DNA of 64,000 nt, taken from Alphaproteobacteria bacterium (GTDB lineage Bacteria > Pseudomonadota > Alphaproteobacteria > GCA-2731375). How positions within the stretch are numbered: position 1 is the first letter of the stretch; the number at the start of each line of letters is the position of its first letter. The notes beneath the pieces were generated by a model. That model was not told the origin of the DNA and searched no databases. It saw only the letters and a list, made by a program, of their open reading frames with translations. The DNA is taken from contig JAVKFY010000036.1 in NCBI GenBank assembly GCA_040223615.1, forward strand, positions 11,596 through 75,595, read 5' to 3'. Positions 61,817 through 64,000 of this stretch are shown here, in pieces. The position numbers and the translations under genes are program-made.

Positions 61817-62938
61817 ATGAGTGAAACGGTTGATTGCATCGTCATCGGGGCCGGGGTGGTCGGCTTGGCGGTGGCGCGCCGGCTGGCGCTGGGCGGCCGC
61901 GACGTGGTGGTGCTGGAGGCGGCCGACGCCATCGGCACCGGCACCTCGTCGCGTAACTCCGAGGTGATCCACGCCGGCATCTACTACGCCAAGGACAGCC
62001 TGAAGGCGCAGTTGTGCGTCGCCGGCAAGTGGCGGCTCTACGACTACTGCAAAAGCCACAACGTGCCCCATCGCAACTGCGGCAAGCTGATCGTCGCGAC
62101 CAGCGACGAGGAAGCCGCGCTGCTGGAGAGCATCCAGGCGCGCGGTGCCGGCAACGGCGTCGACGACCTGAAGATGATCACGGCGGCGGAGGCCCAGGCG
62201 ATGGAACCGGCGGTGCGCTGCACGGCGGCGATCCACTCGCCGTCGACCGGCATCGTGGACAGCCACTCGCTGATGCTGAGCTACCAGGGCGAGGCCGAGG
62301 CGGCCGGTGCCATGGTCGCGTTCGAAACCCCGGTCACCGGCGGTGCCATCGAAGACGACGGCATCCGCATCGAGACCGCCGACTACACGCTGAAGGCGCG
62401 GATGGTGGTGAACAGCGCCGGGCTGCACGCGCAGGCCGTCACCGGTCTGCTGGACGGCTTTCCGGCCGCGCACCTGCCGCCGACCTATTACTGCAAGGGG
62501 AGCTACTTCTCGCTCGCCGGCAAGCAGCCCTTCACCCGTCTGATCTACCCGGTGCCGGCCAGCGCCAGCCTGGGCGTGCACGTCACCCTCGACATGGGCG
62601 GGCAATGCAAGTTCGGCCCGGACCAGGAGTGGATCGACGCCATCGACTACGACGTCGATATCCGCCGCGCCGACGAGTTCTACGACGCGGTGCGGCGCTA
62701 CTGGCCGGACCTGCCGGATGGCGCGCTGGTGCCCGGCTATTCCGGCATCCGGCCGAAGATCCAGGCACCGCACGAGCCGATGCACGACTACCTGATCCAG
62801 GGACCGGCGACGCACGGCATCGCCGGCCTGGTGAACCTGTTCGGGATCGAATCGCCCGGGCTGACCTCGTCGCTGGCGATCGCCGAACTGGTGGCGGACC
62901 GGCTCGAAGAACCCACCGGCGCGCGGGCGGCGGCCTGA
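61817..62938 (+). CDS. FAD-dependent oxidoreductase, L-2-hydroxyglutarate oxidase family
   Basis: [38 protein letters not shown]. Confidence 0.88.
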   Translation: MSETVDCIVIGAGVVGLAVARRLALGGRDVVVLEAADAIGTGTSSRNSEVIHAGIYYAKDSLKAQLCVAGKWRLYDYCKSHNVPHRNCGKLIVATSDEEAALLESIQARGAGNGVDDLKMITAAEAQAMEPAVRCTAAIHSPSTGIVDSHSLMLSYQGEAEAAGAMVAFETPVTGGAIEDDGIRIETADYTLKARMVVNSAGLHAQAVTGLLDGFPAAHLPPTYYCKGSYFSLAGKQPFTRLIYPVPASASLGVHVTLDMGGQCKFGPDQEWIDAIDYDVDIRRADEFYDAVRRYWPDLPDGALVPGYSGIRPKIQAPHEPMHDYLIQGPATHGIAGLVNLFGIESPGLTSSLAIAELVADRLEEPTGARAAA

Positions 62939-63753
62939 TGCGACAGGGTTTCCTCGGCCTTCTCGGCTTGCTGCTGCTGGCCTGCGCGGCGCCGGCCGTG
63001 GCGCAGTCGCGCTACTACGACCTGGAACGCTGGACCGACTCGGCCGCCGCAATCCTGCCGGCCAAGCCGCAATCCTGGCGCGGCGTGTTCGCCGCAGGCG
63101 CCGCCGGCGCGCCGACCTATCTGGGCAGCGACCAGTACGAGGCCAAGGCGCTCGGCATCGCCGAGGTCGAGTATCGCAACACCGTCTTCGCCTCCACGCG
63201 CAAGGGCATCGGCGCCTACGTGTTCAAGGATGGCCGGTTCCGCGCCGGCGTGCGCGCGACCGCCGACTTCGGCCGCGACAGCGCCGACGACGATTTCCTC
63301 ACCGGCCTGCCCGATGTCGACCCGGGCCTGGAACTGGGTCTGCTGGCGGAATTCTACACCGGCTCCTTCCGGGTGCGCGGCGATATCCGCCAGGAAGTAG
63401 CCGGCGGGCATGGCGGTGCGCTGTTCAATATCGAGGCGGCCTACGGCGGCCGCTGGAGCAAGAACGCCTCGCTGATCCTGGGCATGAACGGAACACTGAT
63501 GAGCGACGGCTACGCGGAGAGCTATTTCAGCGTCGACAAGGCGGACGCCAAGCCCGGCCGCCCCGCCTTCGCCGCCGGCCTCGGCGTCCGCGACGTCGGG
63601 GTCTTCGCACAGCTCATCTACGACGTCACGCGCGATGTGTTCGTCAGCGCCGACCTGCGCGGCAACCTGCTGTTGATGGACGCCGCCGACAGCCCGCTCA
63701 GCGTCAACGATCCGCAATTCTTCGGCGGCGTCATGGTCGGATACCGGTTCTAG
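62938..63753 (+). CDS. MipA/OmpV family outer membrane protein
   Basis: Signal peptide, PTYLGSD, YAESYFSV, DSPL, C-terminal GYRF; TGATG coupling to the upstream gene. Confidence 0.85.
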   Translation: MRQGFLGLLGLLLLACAAPAVAQSRYYDLERWTDSAAAILPAKPQSWRGVFAAGAAGAPTYLGSDQYEAKALGIAEVEYRNTVFASTRKGIGAYVFKDGRFRAGVRATADFGRDSADDDFLTGLPDVDPGLELGLLAEFYTGSFRVRGDIRQEVAGGHGGALFNIEAAYGGRWSKNASLILGMNGTLMSDGYAESYFSVDKADAKPGRPAFAAGLGVRDVGVFAQLIYDVTRDVFVSADLRGNLLLMDAADSPLSVNDPQFFGGVMVGYRF

Positions 63754-63757
63754 GCAC

Positions 63758-64000
63758 ATGGAGCTGTCCGGCGTCTGGCATTTTCCGACCAGCGTCCGGT
63801 TCGGGCGCGGGCGACTGCGCGAACTGCCGAACGCCTGCGCCGAACTGGGGATCGCCCGGCCGCTGCTGGTCACGGACCGCGGGCTGGCCGACAGCGCCAT
63901 GGCGCGCCGTGCGTTGACCTTGCTGGAGGAGGCCGGTCTTGCCGCGGCGCTGTTCGCCGAGGTGCAGGGCAATCCGGTGGAGGCCAATGTCGACGCCGGC
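63758..64000 (+). CDS. Iron-containing alcohol dehydrogenase, N-terminal part (runs off the window)
   Basis: Hand translation MELSGVWHFPTSVRFGRGRLRELPNAC...PLLVTDRGL...VQGNPVEANV. Confidence 0.85.
   Translation, partial: MELSGVWHFPTSVRFGRGRLRELPNACAELGIARPLLVTDRGLADSAMARRALTLLEEAGLAAALFAEVQGNPVEANVDAG

Overview
High-GC alphaproteobacterial chromosome segment (Rhodospirillales-like by gene order), mostly core genes: hom (partial), alaC-type aminotransferase, phaC, ugpBAEC plus a GDPD, tgt-queA-cyclophilin-coaD-gyrA, ssb/uvrA, trmFO, ycaQ, agmatine deiminase, clpS/clpA, phasin, a DD-carboxypeptidase, galU-ugd-pgm and mipZ. No rRNA, tRNA, CRISPR, integrase or transposase was seen. Six signals are missed or broken by the ORF track. 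(1) A 73-aa SelW/Rdx selenoprotein (CVSU, in-frame UGA, SECIS-like hairpin) at 10850-11071. (2) A candidate sigma54-dependent ~90-nt sRNA at ~21241-21330 whose anti-SD segments are complementary to the phasin and ugpB RBS regions in this same window. (3) gyrA split by an in-frame TAA inside a cluster of apparent X-to-A changes, probably a base-calling artefact. (4) An AT-rich islet with a peptidoglycan-binding/Cys-rich ORF and a coupled small ORF (possible toxin-immunity pair) next to nested REP-like palindromes. (5) A LexA-type box in front of ycaQ. (6) Two decayed gene remnants. All family assignments come from motif recognition, not database searches.
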